Source: an uncultured delta proteobacterium
GTDB taxonomy: Bacteria; Desulfobacterota; Desulfuromonadia; Geobacterales; Pseudopelobacteraceae
Length of the DNA stretch: 64,000 nucleotides
Direction: 5' to 3'
NCBI GenBank assembly: GCA_963772835.1
Contig: CAVYYZ010000011.1
Span: 352,001 to 416,000 of the forward strand
Both the position numbers and the translations under genes were made by a program. Numbering within the stretch: position 1 is the stretch's first letter; each line of letters begins with the position of its first letter. Positions 8,856-18,242 of the stretch are shown here, in pieces. The notes under the pieces were generated by a model. It was not told where the DNA came from. It did not search any database and saw nothing but the letters and a program-made list of their open reading frames with translations.

Positions 8856-10586
8856 ATGTTGTATTCACGTTATTTTATACCGACCATCAAGGAAACTCCT
8901 TCCGACGCAGAAGTGATCTCTCACCAGCTTATGCTGAGGGCCGGGATGATCCGGAAACTTGCATCCGGAATTTACAACTACCTGCCCCTTGGGCTGCGTT
9001 CGATACGTAAATTCGAGAACATCGTACGTGAAGAGATGAACAAAGCCGATGCCATCGAGATGCTGATGCCGAGTGTCCAGCCGGCCGAACTGTGGCAGGA
9101 ATCAGGCCGCTGGGCATTTTACGGTAAAGAACTGTTGCGTTTTAAAGACCGTAAGGAGGCGGAATTTTGTATGGGTCCGACTCACGAAGAGGTCATTACC
9201 GACATGGTACGTCGTGAGATTAAAAGCTACCGTCAGATGCCGATTAATTTCTATCAGATTCAGACTAAATTCCGTGACGAGATCCGCCCTCGCTTTGGCC
9301 TGATGCGTGGCCGTGAGTTCATCATGAAAGACGCATACTCCTTTGATGTAGACAGTTCTGCCGCGGATTTATCCTACAACAAGATGTATAACGCCTATAT
9401 GCGCATTTTCGAGCGGTGCGGCCTCAATTTCAGGGCGGTAGAAGCCGATACCGGTAGTATTGGCGGCTCATCCTCACATGAATTCATGGTGCTTGCAGAG
9501 TCCGGCGAAGATGCAATTGTTTCCTGCAGTGCATGCCGGTACGCCGCGAATGTTGAAAAAGCTGAATCTCCATTGTTTACAGTGCAATGCGACACAACTC
9601 CTGATGTGTTACAGAAGATTCTGACACCTGAGATGAAAACTATCGCCGATGTAGCGGCTTTCCTGAATCTTCCATCGGATAAAACCATAAAAACACTCGT
9701 ATACGCTTCAGATAATAGTGATCTGGTTATGGCGCTGTTGCGGGGAGATCATGAGCTTAACGAACTTAAGCTTAAGAATCATCTGGGGTGGGCCGAAATA
9801 GGAATGGCTACCGAAGAGCAGATTTATTCCTGTACCGGTTCACCTGTCGGTTTTCTTGGGCCTATCAGTCTCAAAAAGGATATTCCGGTCATTGCCGACC
9901 TGGTTCTCCAGGATATGCGCAATGTTGTGATAGGTGCAAATGAAAAGGATCTGCATTATATCAATGCCAATCTCGGTCGGGATTTTGAGGTTACCGGGTT
10001 TGTCGATATCCGGACTGTTGCCGCCGGCGACGCCTGCCCGCGCTGCGATACCGGTCAACTTGAGATGTGGCGCGGAATTGAAGTCGGGCATGTGTTTAAG
10101 CTGGGGACCAAATATTCCAAGGCACTGAACGCTACGTATCTTGATGCCAATGGCAAAGAACAGATTATATTCATGGGATGTTACGGTATCGGCATTGGCC
10201 GCACCGTTGCAGCGGCAATTGAGCAGAACCATGATGAAAACGGCATCATATTCCCGCTCCCGCTCGCTCCCTTCCACTGTTCGGTTGTTGCGATAAACAC
10301 CAAAGATGCAGGTGTTATGGCTGCAGCCGAAGAAATATATTTCTGCCTCGAAAAACTGGGGGTAGAGGTGCTTTTTGATGATCGCGACGAACGTCCCGGT
10401 GTAAAGTTTAAAGATAACGATTTGATCGGAATTCCGCTCCGGATAGTTGTCGGCAGTAAAGGGTTGGCCGAGGGAAATGTTGAAGTAAAAATACGCTCGA
10501 CAGGCGAAGTTCTGACGCTTTCACTGGACAAAGTGGCAACAACAGTTAAAAAACTGATAGATGAAGCACAGGTGCACTCAGAATAG
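8856..10586 (+). CDS. proS: Proline--tRNA ligase
   Basis: SHQLMLRAG, GPTHEE, FRDEIRPRFG, GIEVGHVFKLG and MGCYGIG motifs, with the INS editing domain. Confidence 0.97.
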   Translation: MLYSRYFIPTIKETPSDAEVISHQLMLRAGMIRKLASGIYNYLPLGLRSIRKFENIVREEMNKADAIEMLMPSVQPAELWQESGRWAFYGKELLRFKDRKEAEFCMGPTHEEVITDMVRREIKSYRQMPINFYQIQTKFRDEIRPRFGLMRGREFIMKDAYSFDVDSSAADLSYNKMYNAYMRIFERCGLNFRAVEADTGSIGGSSSHEFMVLAESGEDAIVSCSACRYAANVEKAESPLFTVQCDTTPDVLQKILTPEMKTIADVAAFLNLPSDKTIKTLVYASDNSDLVMALLRGDHELNELKLKNHLGWAEIGMATEEQIYSCTGSPVGFLGPISLKKDIPVIADLVLQDMRNVVIGANEKDLHYINANLGRDFEVTGFVDIRTVAAGDACPRCDTGQLEMWRGIEVGHVFKLGTKYSKALNATYLDANGKEQIIFMGCYGIGIGRTVAAAIEQNHDENGIIFPLPLAPFHCSVVAINTKDAGVMAAAEEIYFCLEKLGVEVLFDDRDERPGVKFKDNDLIGIPLRIVVGSKGLAEGNVEVKIRSTGEVLTLSLDKVATTVKKLIDEAQVHSE

Positions 10587-10620
10587 CCGGCAACGGAGCT
10601 CGTTTTCCCCATTACTATGT

Positions 10621-10662
10621 AAGCCGCTCACCAGCTGTGATGCTGTGGAGCGGCTTTTTTTC
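10621..10662 (+). terminator. Intrinsic terminator after proS
   Basis: AAGCCGCTC...GAGCGGCTT stem followed by a T-run. Confidence 0.8.
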
Positions 10663-10724
10663 GAATGTTTTATTCCAATCGTTTATACTTGACGAAATAA
10701 CCCGCAACAAAAAGAAGGTAACAA

Positions 10725-11186
10725 ATGACTACCAGAAAACTATCGGCAGGCGACATTATTGAAGCCCGTTGTACCAAGTGTCGTGAAGTGCTGAATCACA
10801 GAATTGTTGCCATGGTTGAAGAAAAAGTCGTACGGGTTGAATGCAACACGTGTAACGGTGTTCACAACTATCATGCACCTCCAAAAGTAAAAGAGGCTAA
10901 AGTCCCGCGGGCCGCAGCCGCAAGCAAAGCCAGCAAAGGTCCATCAGTCACGCGAGCATCAAAAAAGGACCCTTCAGAAATCGAGCGTGAAGAGTGGGCA
11001 TCACTCAACCCTACTTTTGATCTTGCTAAAGCACTCCCCTACGACATGAACGGAAGATATCTGACCAAACGCCTGATACTTCACCCTGTTTTCGGGCTTG
11101 GCATAGTAAAATCCGTCACCGTTCCGAATAAGATGCAGGTCCTCTTTAAAGAAGGGATCAAACTGCTTCGTTGCCAGTACATCTAA
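10725..11186 (+). CDS. Conserved hypothetical protein: Zn-ribbon plus C-terminal Tudor-like (HPxFGxGxV) domain
   Basis: CTKC...CNTC, a low-complexity K/A/S linker, and HPVFGLGIV. GAAGG SD. Confidence 0.7.
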   Translation: MTTRKLSAGDIIEARCTKCREVLNHRIVAMVEEKVVRVECNTCNGVHNYHAPPKVKEAKVPRAAAASKASKGPSVTRASKKDPSEIEREEWASLNPTFDLAKALPYDMNGRYLTKRLILHPVFGLGIVKSVTVPNKMQVLFKEGIKLLRCQYI

Positions 11187-11306
11187 TTAATAAAAATTGC
11201 CTTGATTTGTAGTGATTTTTGAATTACTAAATTATTTCAGTTCTGTATACACACTTGCAATCTGTGCCACATATCGACCACCCACCATCAGAAAAGGAGA
11301 GTACCG

Positions 11307-12932
11307 ATGTCTGTCAAGCCGTTTGTTTATCAGGATCCTTTCCCGCTTGCGAAAGATGAAACAACATACCGCAAAATCGAAGGTTCAGAAAAATATATAC
11401 TGGTCGAGAAATTCGCCGGTACAGATGTGGTGAGAGTATGCCCTGAGGCTCTTTCAATACTTGCCAATGAAGCCATGCGTGATGTCTCTTTTCTGCTTCG
11501 CCCGGCACACAATGAGCAGGTTGCCTCCATCCTCAGTGATCCGGACGCTTCCATAAACGACAAGGGGGTGGCACTGGCTTTCCTGCGCAATTCCGAGATT
11601 GCCGCCCGCTTTGATCTGCCGGTTTGTCAGGATACCGGCACTGCAACGGTCGCCGCAAAAAAAGGGCAGCAGATCTGGACCGGTGTCAAGGACGAGGAGT
11701 GGCTTTCCAAAGGAATCTACAAAACCTATACGGAAGAGAACCTTCGCTACTCGCAGACTGTACCGCTTGATATGTATGAAGAGATCAACACAGGAACCAA
11801 TCTGCCGGCCCAGATCGACATTCTTGCAACTGACGGCGATTACTATAAATTTGTGTTTATGGCAAAAGGTGGCGGTTCAGCGAACAAGACCATGCTCTAT
11901 CAGGAAACAAAAGCGCTTCTGACACCGGACAAACTGTTCAAGTATCTGGTTGAAAAGATGAAATATCTCGGCACGGCTGCCTGCCCGCCGTACCATATAG
12001 CTTTTGTTGTCGGCGGAACCTCAGCCGATGCCTGCATGAAAACGGTCAAGCTGGCGACAGCCAAAGAATTGGACGGACTTCCAATCTCGGGAAATGAGCA
12101 TGGTCAGGCTTTTCGCGACGTCGAGCTTGAAAAAAGGCTGCTGGAAGCCGCTCAGAAGCTTGGTATCGGAGCTCAGTTTGGCGGCAAATATTTTGCCCAT
12201 GATGTCCGTGTCATCCGTTTACCCCGGCACGGTGCTTCCTGTCCGGTCGGCATGGCAGTTTCGTGCTCGGCTGACCGCAACATCAAGGCAAAAATCACCA
12301 AAGATGGTCTGTTTATAGAGGAGATGGACCGAAATCCGGGGCGTCTGATTCCTGCGCAGTATCGCGGCAAGCACGAACACGGCGTCAAAATAGACCTGAA
12401 CAAGCCTATGACAGAGATTCTTGCCGAACTGTCCAAACATCCGGTTTCCACACCACTTCTCCTTTCTGGTACCATCGTGGTCGGCCGGGATATCGCGCAC
12501 GCCAAATTCAAAGAGATTATGGACAGCGGCAAGCCGCTTCCCGAATACCTGCTCAATCATCCGATATACTATGCCGGCCCGGCCAAGACCCCCCCAGGCA
12601 AGGCGTCAGGATCGTTTGGTCCTACTACAGCCGGCCGGATGGATTCATATGTTGATGAACTCCAGTCAAAGGGTGGCTCATTGATCATGATAGCAAAAGG
12701 GAACCGCAGCCAGCAGGTGACAGACGCCTGCAAAAAATACGGCGGCTTCTATCTCGGTTCAATCGGCGGACCTGCTGCAGTTCTGGCTGAAGAGAATATC
12801 AAAAAGGTTGAATGCATTGACTTTCCGGAATTGGGAATGGAAGCGGTCTGGAAGATTGAGGTGGAAAACTTCCCTGCCTTTATTCTTGTTGATGACAAGG
12901 GCACGGACTTTTTTAAACAGCTTGGTTTGTAG
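11307..12932 (+). CDS. fumA: Class I (Fe-S) fumarate hydratase
   Basis: [31 protein letters not shown] and GPTTAGRMD motifs. Confidence 0.95.
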   Translation: MSVKPFVYQDPFPLAKDETTYRKIEGSEKYILVEKFAGTDVVRVCPEALSILANEAMRDVSFLLRPAHNEQVASILSDPDASINDKGVALAFLRNSEIAARFDLPVCQDTGTATVAAKKGQQIWTGVKDEEWLSKGIYKTYTEENLRYSQTVPLDMYEEINTGTNLPAQIDILATDGDYYKFVFMAKGGGSANKTMLYQETKALLTPDKLFKYLVEKMKYLGTAACPPYHIAFVVGGTSADACMKTVKLATAKELDGLPISGNEHGQAFRDVELEKRLLEAAQKLGIGAQFGGKYFAHDVRVIRLPRHGASCPVGMAVSCSADRNIKAKITKDGLFIEEMDRNPGRLIPAQYRGKHEHGVKIDLNKPMTEILAELSKHPVSTPLLLSGTIVVGRDIAHAKFKEIMDSGKPLPEYLLNHPIYYAGPAKTPPGKASGSFGPTTAGRMDSYVDELQSKGGSLIMIAKGNRSQQVTDACKKYGGFYLGSIGGPAAVLAEENIKKVECIDFPELGMEAVWKIEVENFPAFILVDDKGTDFFKQLGL

Positions 12933-12948
12933 TCGGCTCAAATAGACT

Positions 12949-12991
12949 CACACAAAAGCCCCTCGTGATGTGTACGCGGGGCTTTTGTGTG
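12949..12991. terminator. Bidirectional terminator between convergent fumarase and recC
   Basis: CACACAAAAGCCCC...GGGGCTTTTGTGTG inverted repeat. Confidence 0.8.
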
Positions 12992-13003
12992 GGGTACAGC
13001 AGC

Positions 13004-16000
13004 TTACTTTTTCATGATTGCAACAAGCGGACCGTATATCCGCTTCGACAGCGCACTGAACTCTTCACCCCACGGGTCCTCGCAGCCAAAACAGAGGGCC
13101 ACCGCCTGATTGTCACATTCTCCGGGTAATCCGATCCTCTGATCACCACGCCAGGACCTTTCCGCCTTTAGTTGCCCATCTTTTATGAAAAGCCAGGACG
13201 TTTCAGGAAAGAAACGGAGCGGCCTCTTCATCCCTTCGCAATAGAGATCAAGTAGATCATTCAGAATATCCGAAGCATGTTCGACCGGTGGCAGTTCCAG
13301 AGTCATATCAGATGCAATTATCATACTCTGAAGAGGGTAACCGTCGGTTTTTGCGATGTTAAGAATCAGGTGATCAAGCCAGATTGAGAGCATGTCCTTA
13401 CCCTTCATCACTGCATTTCGCCAGCGGATATGCTTACCGCTCCGACAGTTATCAAGAACTGCAAGCAGCTGAATTCTGTCGCCGGTACATGTGATTGAAA
13501 GCGCTTCCAGTGGATGGCCGAGTCGTGGCTCAAGCATCGCGGCAAACTGACGGCTCCTCTCCCAGACGGCATCAAATGCAGCCGTGCCGGCTGCCAGAGG
13601 TGGAAGTAACCCGCGTGAGCGGACAGCAGACAGGCATTCATCATATCCGCTTCCCTTCAGTAGAGCGCTCACCAGATCCTGTGACAGGCTGTAGCGTGAT
13701 AACGAGTCCAATTCAAACGGTTCAGAGTCATCAGGTTCCTCCACCGGATTGAATGGTGTAACTCGAAGTCGCTGGTCAAGAAAAGCGGTGGACGGATTTG
13801 CCAGAAAGCGACGCATCTGCTGCAGGTCTATCTGATGGACCGATGTACTGTCTAATGCAAGAGGCCCACTGGTAAACTCACGAATGCTTCGCCCACATGC
13901 ACGTCTTGATTCAATTGCCTGACAGGTTTCCCTGTCGTAACTGAACAGGTGGCCAGGATCGGAATTGTCAAAATAAATGGGGCTGAATCCCTGAAGGGGA
14001 TGCCGGACAAAAATTGACGCTGCTGTTTTGCCATCAGACCGGATGAATCCATTAGAAATATAGTCGATCAGTTCGGCGATCAGGACCGATGGCGGTATAC
14101 TACTGTTATCACGATCACTTTGTCCGTTATAGCTGATGCAAAAGCGATCTTCTGCCGCCATAAGAGCCTCAAGAAACAGATAGCGATCTTCATCTCGTAA
14201 AGAGCGGTCTCCGCGTCGTCTGGCACCGTTCATCAGGCTGAATCCCGGAGGTCTCTCGGTTCGTGGGAACTGTCCGTCATTCATTCCGGCAAGCCAGATT
14301 ACGCGCATCGGAATACTTCGCATTGGTAACATGGCGCAAAACGTAATCGAACCTCCCATGAATCCGTAGCCGCCGCCACTTCTGGCCACAGTTTCAGCAA
14401 GATGGTCGCGCACTGCATCGAGTGTTATGGTCTGCCTGAAGCCGTAGAGCGATGAAGCCTCACGAAGCGAATGTAAGGCCTTGGCAATTACGAGAGGTCC
14501 AGTGGAGTCGTTTTCATCGGCCAGAAGCATCTGCACAACGGTATCTGTGAAGATGTCAGCCCATTCAGGGAGTGTATGAGGTACACGCATCCGGTTGATG
14601 CTATCACTGACAGTTGTAATGAATCCTGATAGTTTACCCAGTACCTCTGCCTGACGCCCTGAGCAGGCAGGGTAGGGCAGAATGCCATCAAATGTAGTAG
14701 ATTCATCCGCCGACATGGCATAACCGAGAAACAGTTTATCCAGACCGTTTTTCCAACTAAAATCAGAATAGTGCGGAAATCCTAGATTCGCCCGGTGCTC
14801 TGCGTCAACTCCCCATCGCACATTGCAGTCCGTAAGCCAGCTTCTGATTGCAATAAGTTCGTCTGCGTCGAGATCAAATCGGGTCATAACAGCACGATGT
14901 TCCAGAAGAGCCAGGATTTCATGGAGCGCAAATCGTCCTGACACTGTATCAAGAATTTTGAGAAAGGCTTCGACAAAAAGGCTTTCCTGACGGACGCTTC
15001 GATCCGAAATTGTATAGGGAAGCTGCGTCCTGCCTGTTGAACGACTGCCGAAAACCGAGCTGATATAGGGTGCGTACGCTTCTATATCCGGAATCATTAC
15101 AACTATATGACGCGGCTCCAGATCAGGTAGCTCGTCAAACTGTGCCAACAGATTGTCGTAAAGAATCTCCATCTCACGGAGCATTCCGTGGCACGAATGA
15201 ATCTGGAGTGAATGGTCTTCTAAAGCAACAACACCCATAGCTTCGCTTGAAGGTCTGTCAAAAAGGGTGATGATGTCGTTTTGAACAGCGGACAGAAGAG
15301 AGGGGGAGGCAACACTATGTGGGATAGAATGTTCCGGTGCATTGTCAAGTTCTTCTACTTCGAAGCCGAAACCCAGAAGTGTCTCGAAAAATTCCTGGCC
15401 TAATGTGCCGAGTGAAGAAAGAAGCGGGTTGCCGGTCTCGAAATATTCTTCCGCTTCCGGTGGAAGCCCTGACTGCAGAGTTATTTGAGACTTGTTTTTC
15501 CTGGAGATGATCGTTCCCCAGTACTCCCCGCAGGGATTCAGCAGATAGCAGGTCACATCACAATAGGTAGAAAGCAATCGTAGCGCTTCCAGATGGAACG
15601 GGGGGAGATAGGATATGCCAAACAGAGAGACCCGGCGGGGTAAAATGCCGTCAGGCGCTGCGCCGCTTGAAACGTGACAGTGCAGCGCTTTCAGCATAGC
15701 CGCACGGTGGATTCCAGGACAGTCGCGGTTGATCGCGCGCCATAAATGCGCCTGCCAGTCGTTGGCATTGCCATCGTCCCAGGCAAGGACCATTTCCGGC
15801 CGGAATATCGTATACTGATCGAAGCAGGAGGCGATGGATCGGGAAATCTGCAGCAGGCGACGATCGTCGCGCCCATCCCCCAGATAGGTTGCTATCTGCT
15901 CAAAACCATCCTGTTGAGACAGTGAAGGGAGTTGTGAAGCGATGCGCCAGGTCAATGATGTCTGGGTGAAAAGGGACGAAGAATGAATCCTCGGAAGCAC

Positions 16001-16228
16001 CGCTGCGAAGCTCCGGTCGAGAAAGTCGTTCGGAAAGCTGAATTCAAGGCCGGCAGATACCCCCAGCCGGTCGGCAAGTTCCATCGACATCCAGCGAGAC
16101 ATGCCGTTACTGAGGACAACGATATTATCTTTTTCCAGCGGCGACGGTGGAGAGGAACAGAGGTTGTCAGCAAAGGCTTCAAGCAGGCGTCGTTGAGAGC
16201 AGCTGGTAATGAGTCTAAGTGTCGACAT
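13004..16228 (-). CDS. recC: Exodeoxyribonuclease V gamma subunit
   Basis: 1074 aa. FDQYTIFRPE, NPCGEYW, GNPLLSSLGTLG, LQIHSCH, LPMRSIP and RRGDRSLRDEDRYLFLEAL motifs. Confidence 0.95.
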   Translation of the reverse strand: MSTLRLITSCSQRRLLEAFADNLCSSPPSPLEKDNIVVLSNGMSRWMSMELADRLGVSAGLEFSFPNDFLDRSFAAVLPRIHSSSLFTQTSLTWRIASQLPSLSQQDGFEQIATYLGDGRDDRRLLQISRSIASCFDQYTIFRPEMVLAWDDGNANDWQAHLWRAINRDCPGIHRAAMLKALHCHVSSGAAPDGILPRRVSLFGISYLPPFHLEALRLLSTYCDVTCYLLNPCGEYWGTIISRKNKSQITLQSGLPPEAEEYFETGNPLLSSLGTLGQEFFETLLGFGFEVEELDNAPEHSIPHSVASPSLLSAVQNDIITLFDRPSSEAMGVVALEDHSLQIHSCHGMLREMEILYDNLLAQFDELPDLEPRHIVVMIPDIEAYAPYISSVFGSRSTGRTQLPYTISDRSVRQESLFVEAFLKILDTVSGRFALHEILALLEHRAVMTRFDLDADELIAIRSWLTDCNVRWGVDAEHRANLGFPHYSDFSWKNGLDKLFLGYAMSADESTTFDGILPYPACSGRQAEVLGKLSGFITTVSDSINRMRVPHTLPEWADIFTDTVVQMLLADENDSTGPLVIAKALHSLREASSLYGFRQTITLDAVRDHLAETVARSGGGYGFMGGSITFCAMLPMRSIPMRVIWLAGMNDGQFPRTERPPGFSLMNGARRRGDRSLRDEDRYLFLEALMAAEDRFCISYNGQSDRDNSSIPPSVLIAELIDYISNGFIRSDGKTAASIFVRHPLQGFSPIYFDNSDPGHLFSYDRETCQAIESRRACGRSIREFTSGPLALDSTSVHQIDLQQMRRFLANPSTAFLDQRLRVTPFNPVEEPDDSEPFELDSLSRYSLSQDLVSALLKGSGYDECLSAVRSRGLLPPLAAGTAAFDAVWERSRQFAAMLEPRLGHPLEALSITCTGDRIQLLAVLDNCRSGKHIRWRNAVMKGKDMLSIWLDHLILNIAKTDGYPLQSMIIASDMTLELPPVEHASDILNDLLDLYCEGMKRPLRFFPETSWLFIKDGQLKAERSWRGDQRIGLPGECDNQAVALCFGCEDPWGEEFSALSKRIYGPLVAIMKK

Positions 16229-16343
16229 GCACCAAACTATACCGGAATTGGCTGGACAAACAAGCAGGAATTACGGTATGTGAACGTTAAGAAGCATTCC
16301 GTCGGATATTCAGGACGAAAGTAGTTTAGCGGAGGTAGTTTAA

Positions 16344-17222
16344 GTGCTCAAAAGCATGACAGGATATGGTAAAGGGGAAACATCTGAACCGACCGGTATT
16401 TTTATGGTCGAGATTCGCTCAGTCAACCATCGCTACGGTGAAATTTCGGTCCGGATGCCGCGAGCGTTTTATGAAATTGAAAATGAGGTAAAGCGATTGG
16501 CGGGTTCGGTACTCAAGCGGGGCAAGATTGACATATCGGTTCAGTGGGATGAAACTGCTACCGCCAATTCTGCGCCGCAACTGGACATGGATGTCGCGAG
16601 GGGGTATTACGAAGCCTATTCTCGTTTGGCAAAAGAGCTAAACCTGCCGCAGGATGCCCCCCCGTCATATATCATGTCTCTAAAAGGCGTAATGAAAGAG
16701 GGCACCGTTTCTGTTGATACAACAGAATTGCAACCTCAGCTTCTGGCCGCTGTTCAAGCCGCCGTTTCATCACTTGACGGAATGCGGCTCCGGGAAGGTG
16801 AGGCCCTAGCGGTTGACCTGCAGGCCAGAAGGCTGCAGATTGCCGAGTGGTCGAACATTATAGGGGAGCGGACGCCACAGGTTGTGATGGAATACCGGCT
16901 GAAACTAAAAACGCGGTTGGAACAGCTGCTTGAAGGTTCTGAAATGGATGAAGGCAGGCTCTCACAGGAATTGGCTCTTTTGGCCGACCGCTCGGATATA
17001 ACAGAAGAACTTGTTCGCCTTTCGAGCCATTATATGCAGTTTGACGAGGCCCTCAGTAGTTCCGAACCGGTAGGCCGGAAACTTGATTTCCTGATGCAGG
17101 AAATGAATCGTGAAATTAATACGATCGGTTCAAAATCAAACGATGCCGGTATTACGAACATGGTTATCAAGATTAAGGCTGAAATGGAAAAAATGCGGGA
17201 GCAGATTCAAAACGTTGAATAA
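16344..17222 (+). CDS. yicC: YicC/YloC family endoribonuclease
   Basis: SMTGYG, SVNHRY, GRKLDFLMQEMNREINTIGSK and REQIQNVE motifs. Confidence 0.93.
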   Translation: MLKSMTGYGKGETSEPTGIFMVEIRSVNHRYGEISVRMPRAFYEIENEVKRLAGSVLKRGKIDISVQWDETATANSAPQLDMDVARGYYEAYSRLAKELNLPQDAPPSYIMSLKGVMKEGTVSVDTTELQPQLLAAVQAAVSSLDGMRLREGEALAVDLQARRLQIAEWSNIIGERTPQVVMEYRLKLKTRLEQLLEGSEMDEGRLSQELALLADRSDITEELVRLSSHYMQFDEALSSSEPVGRKLDFLMQEMNREINTIGSKSNDAGITNMVIKIKAEMEKMREQIQNVE

Positions 17223-17272
17223 TGGTATAGTCTAACGTGATTATACCCAATACATTAAATAAAGGCTGATTC

Positions 17273-17881
17273 ATGAGACAAGAGGGACTAACTATTATTC
17301 TTTCTGCTCCGTCCGGTGCCGGAAAGACATCGCTGTGTCGTGAGCTGTTTAAAATTTTCCCCGATATTAGAGAATCAGTAAGTTATACTACACGGAAGCC
17401 GAGACCGGGTGAAGTTGAAGGTGAGGCCTATCATTTCGTTTCAAATGAAGAATTTACGCGAATGGTCGATGAAGACGCTTTTGCCGAATGGGCTCTGGTT
17501 CATGGCAATATGTACGGAACCGCACTGAGTACGCTTGAAGAAGCTCGAAAAAAAGGTATTGATCTGGTTCTGGATATCGATTGTCAGGGTGCACTTAAAC
17601 TGAAGGAACAATTTGATGGCGGAATATATATTTTTATTTTGCCGCCCAGTATCTCTGAGTTGAGGAGACGGCTTGAAAGCCGTTCATCAGATGTTCAAGA
17701 GGTAATCGAGCGGCGTATTCACAGGGCTGCAGATGAAATTAAAGAGTCACGTTGGTATGACTACATAATATTTAATGATGTATTTGAAACTGCCTGTCAG
17801 GAATTGGCGGCCATAGTTATAGCCCATCGCCGCAAAACCTTCAGAATGATGGAAAAAGTAGGAAAACTGTTTGATCTCTGA
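17273..17881 (+). CDS. gmk: Guanylate kinase
   Basis: SAPSGAGKT, SYTTRKPRPGE and FILPPS motifs. Confidence 0.97.
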   Translation: MRQEGLTIILSAPSGAGKTSLCRELFKIFPDIRESVSYTTRKPRPGEVEGEAYHFVSNEEFTRMVDEDAFAEWALVHGNMYGTALSTLEEARKKGIDLVLDIDCQGALKLKEQFDGGIYIFILPPSISELRRRLESRSSDVQEVIERRIHRAADEIKESRWYDYIIFNDVFETACQELAAIVIAHRRKTFRMMEKVGKLFDL

Positions 17882-17934
17882 AATGATTTAGCGTATGGTT
17901 TCCGTTCATCTAAAGTGCAGTAAGGAGGCAATAT

Positions 17935-18141
17935 ATGGCTCGAGTAACAGTTGAAGATTGTCTGGAAAAAGTTGAAAACAGGTTCCAGCTCGTAATACTG
18001 GCATCAAAGCGGGTAAAGCAGCTCTATAAAGGAGCGCAACCGTTGATTGATTCAAAAAATAACCGCCAGGTTGTCACTGCTCTCCGTGAAATTGCTGCCG
18101 GTAAAATCGGTTACGAGGTTTCAAAAAAACAGCGCGTTTAA
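17935..18141 (+). CDS. rpoZ: RNA polymerase omega subunit
   Basis: [10 protein letters not shown]...NRFQLV...ALREI, in gmk-rpoZ-rel synteny. Confidence 0.97.
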   Translation: MARVTVEDCLEKVENRFQLVILASKRVKQLYKGAQPLIDSKNNRQVVTALREIAAGKIGYEVSKKQRV

Positions 18142-18153
18142 CCTGCCACTCCG

Positions 18154-18191
18154 GGTGGAACTGGAATTTATTCCGGTTTCACCTTTTTTTT
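18154..18191 (+). terminator. Intrinsic terminator or attenuator between rpoZ and rel
   Basis: GGTGGAACTGGAAT/ATTCCGGTTTCACC stem followed by T8. Confidence 0.75.
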
Positions 18192-18242
18192 ATCCACTCC
18201 TCGTACATTCCCACAATGTCTTCTACAGGCGACCAATAGCGT

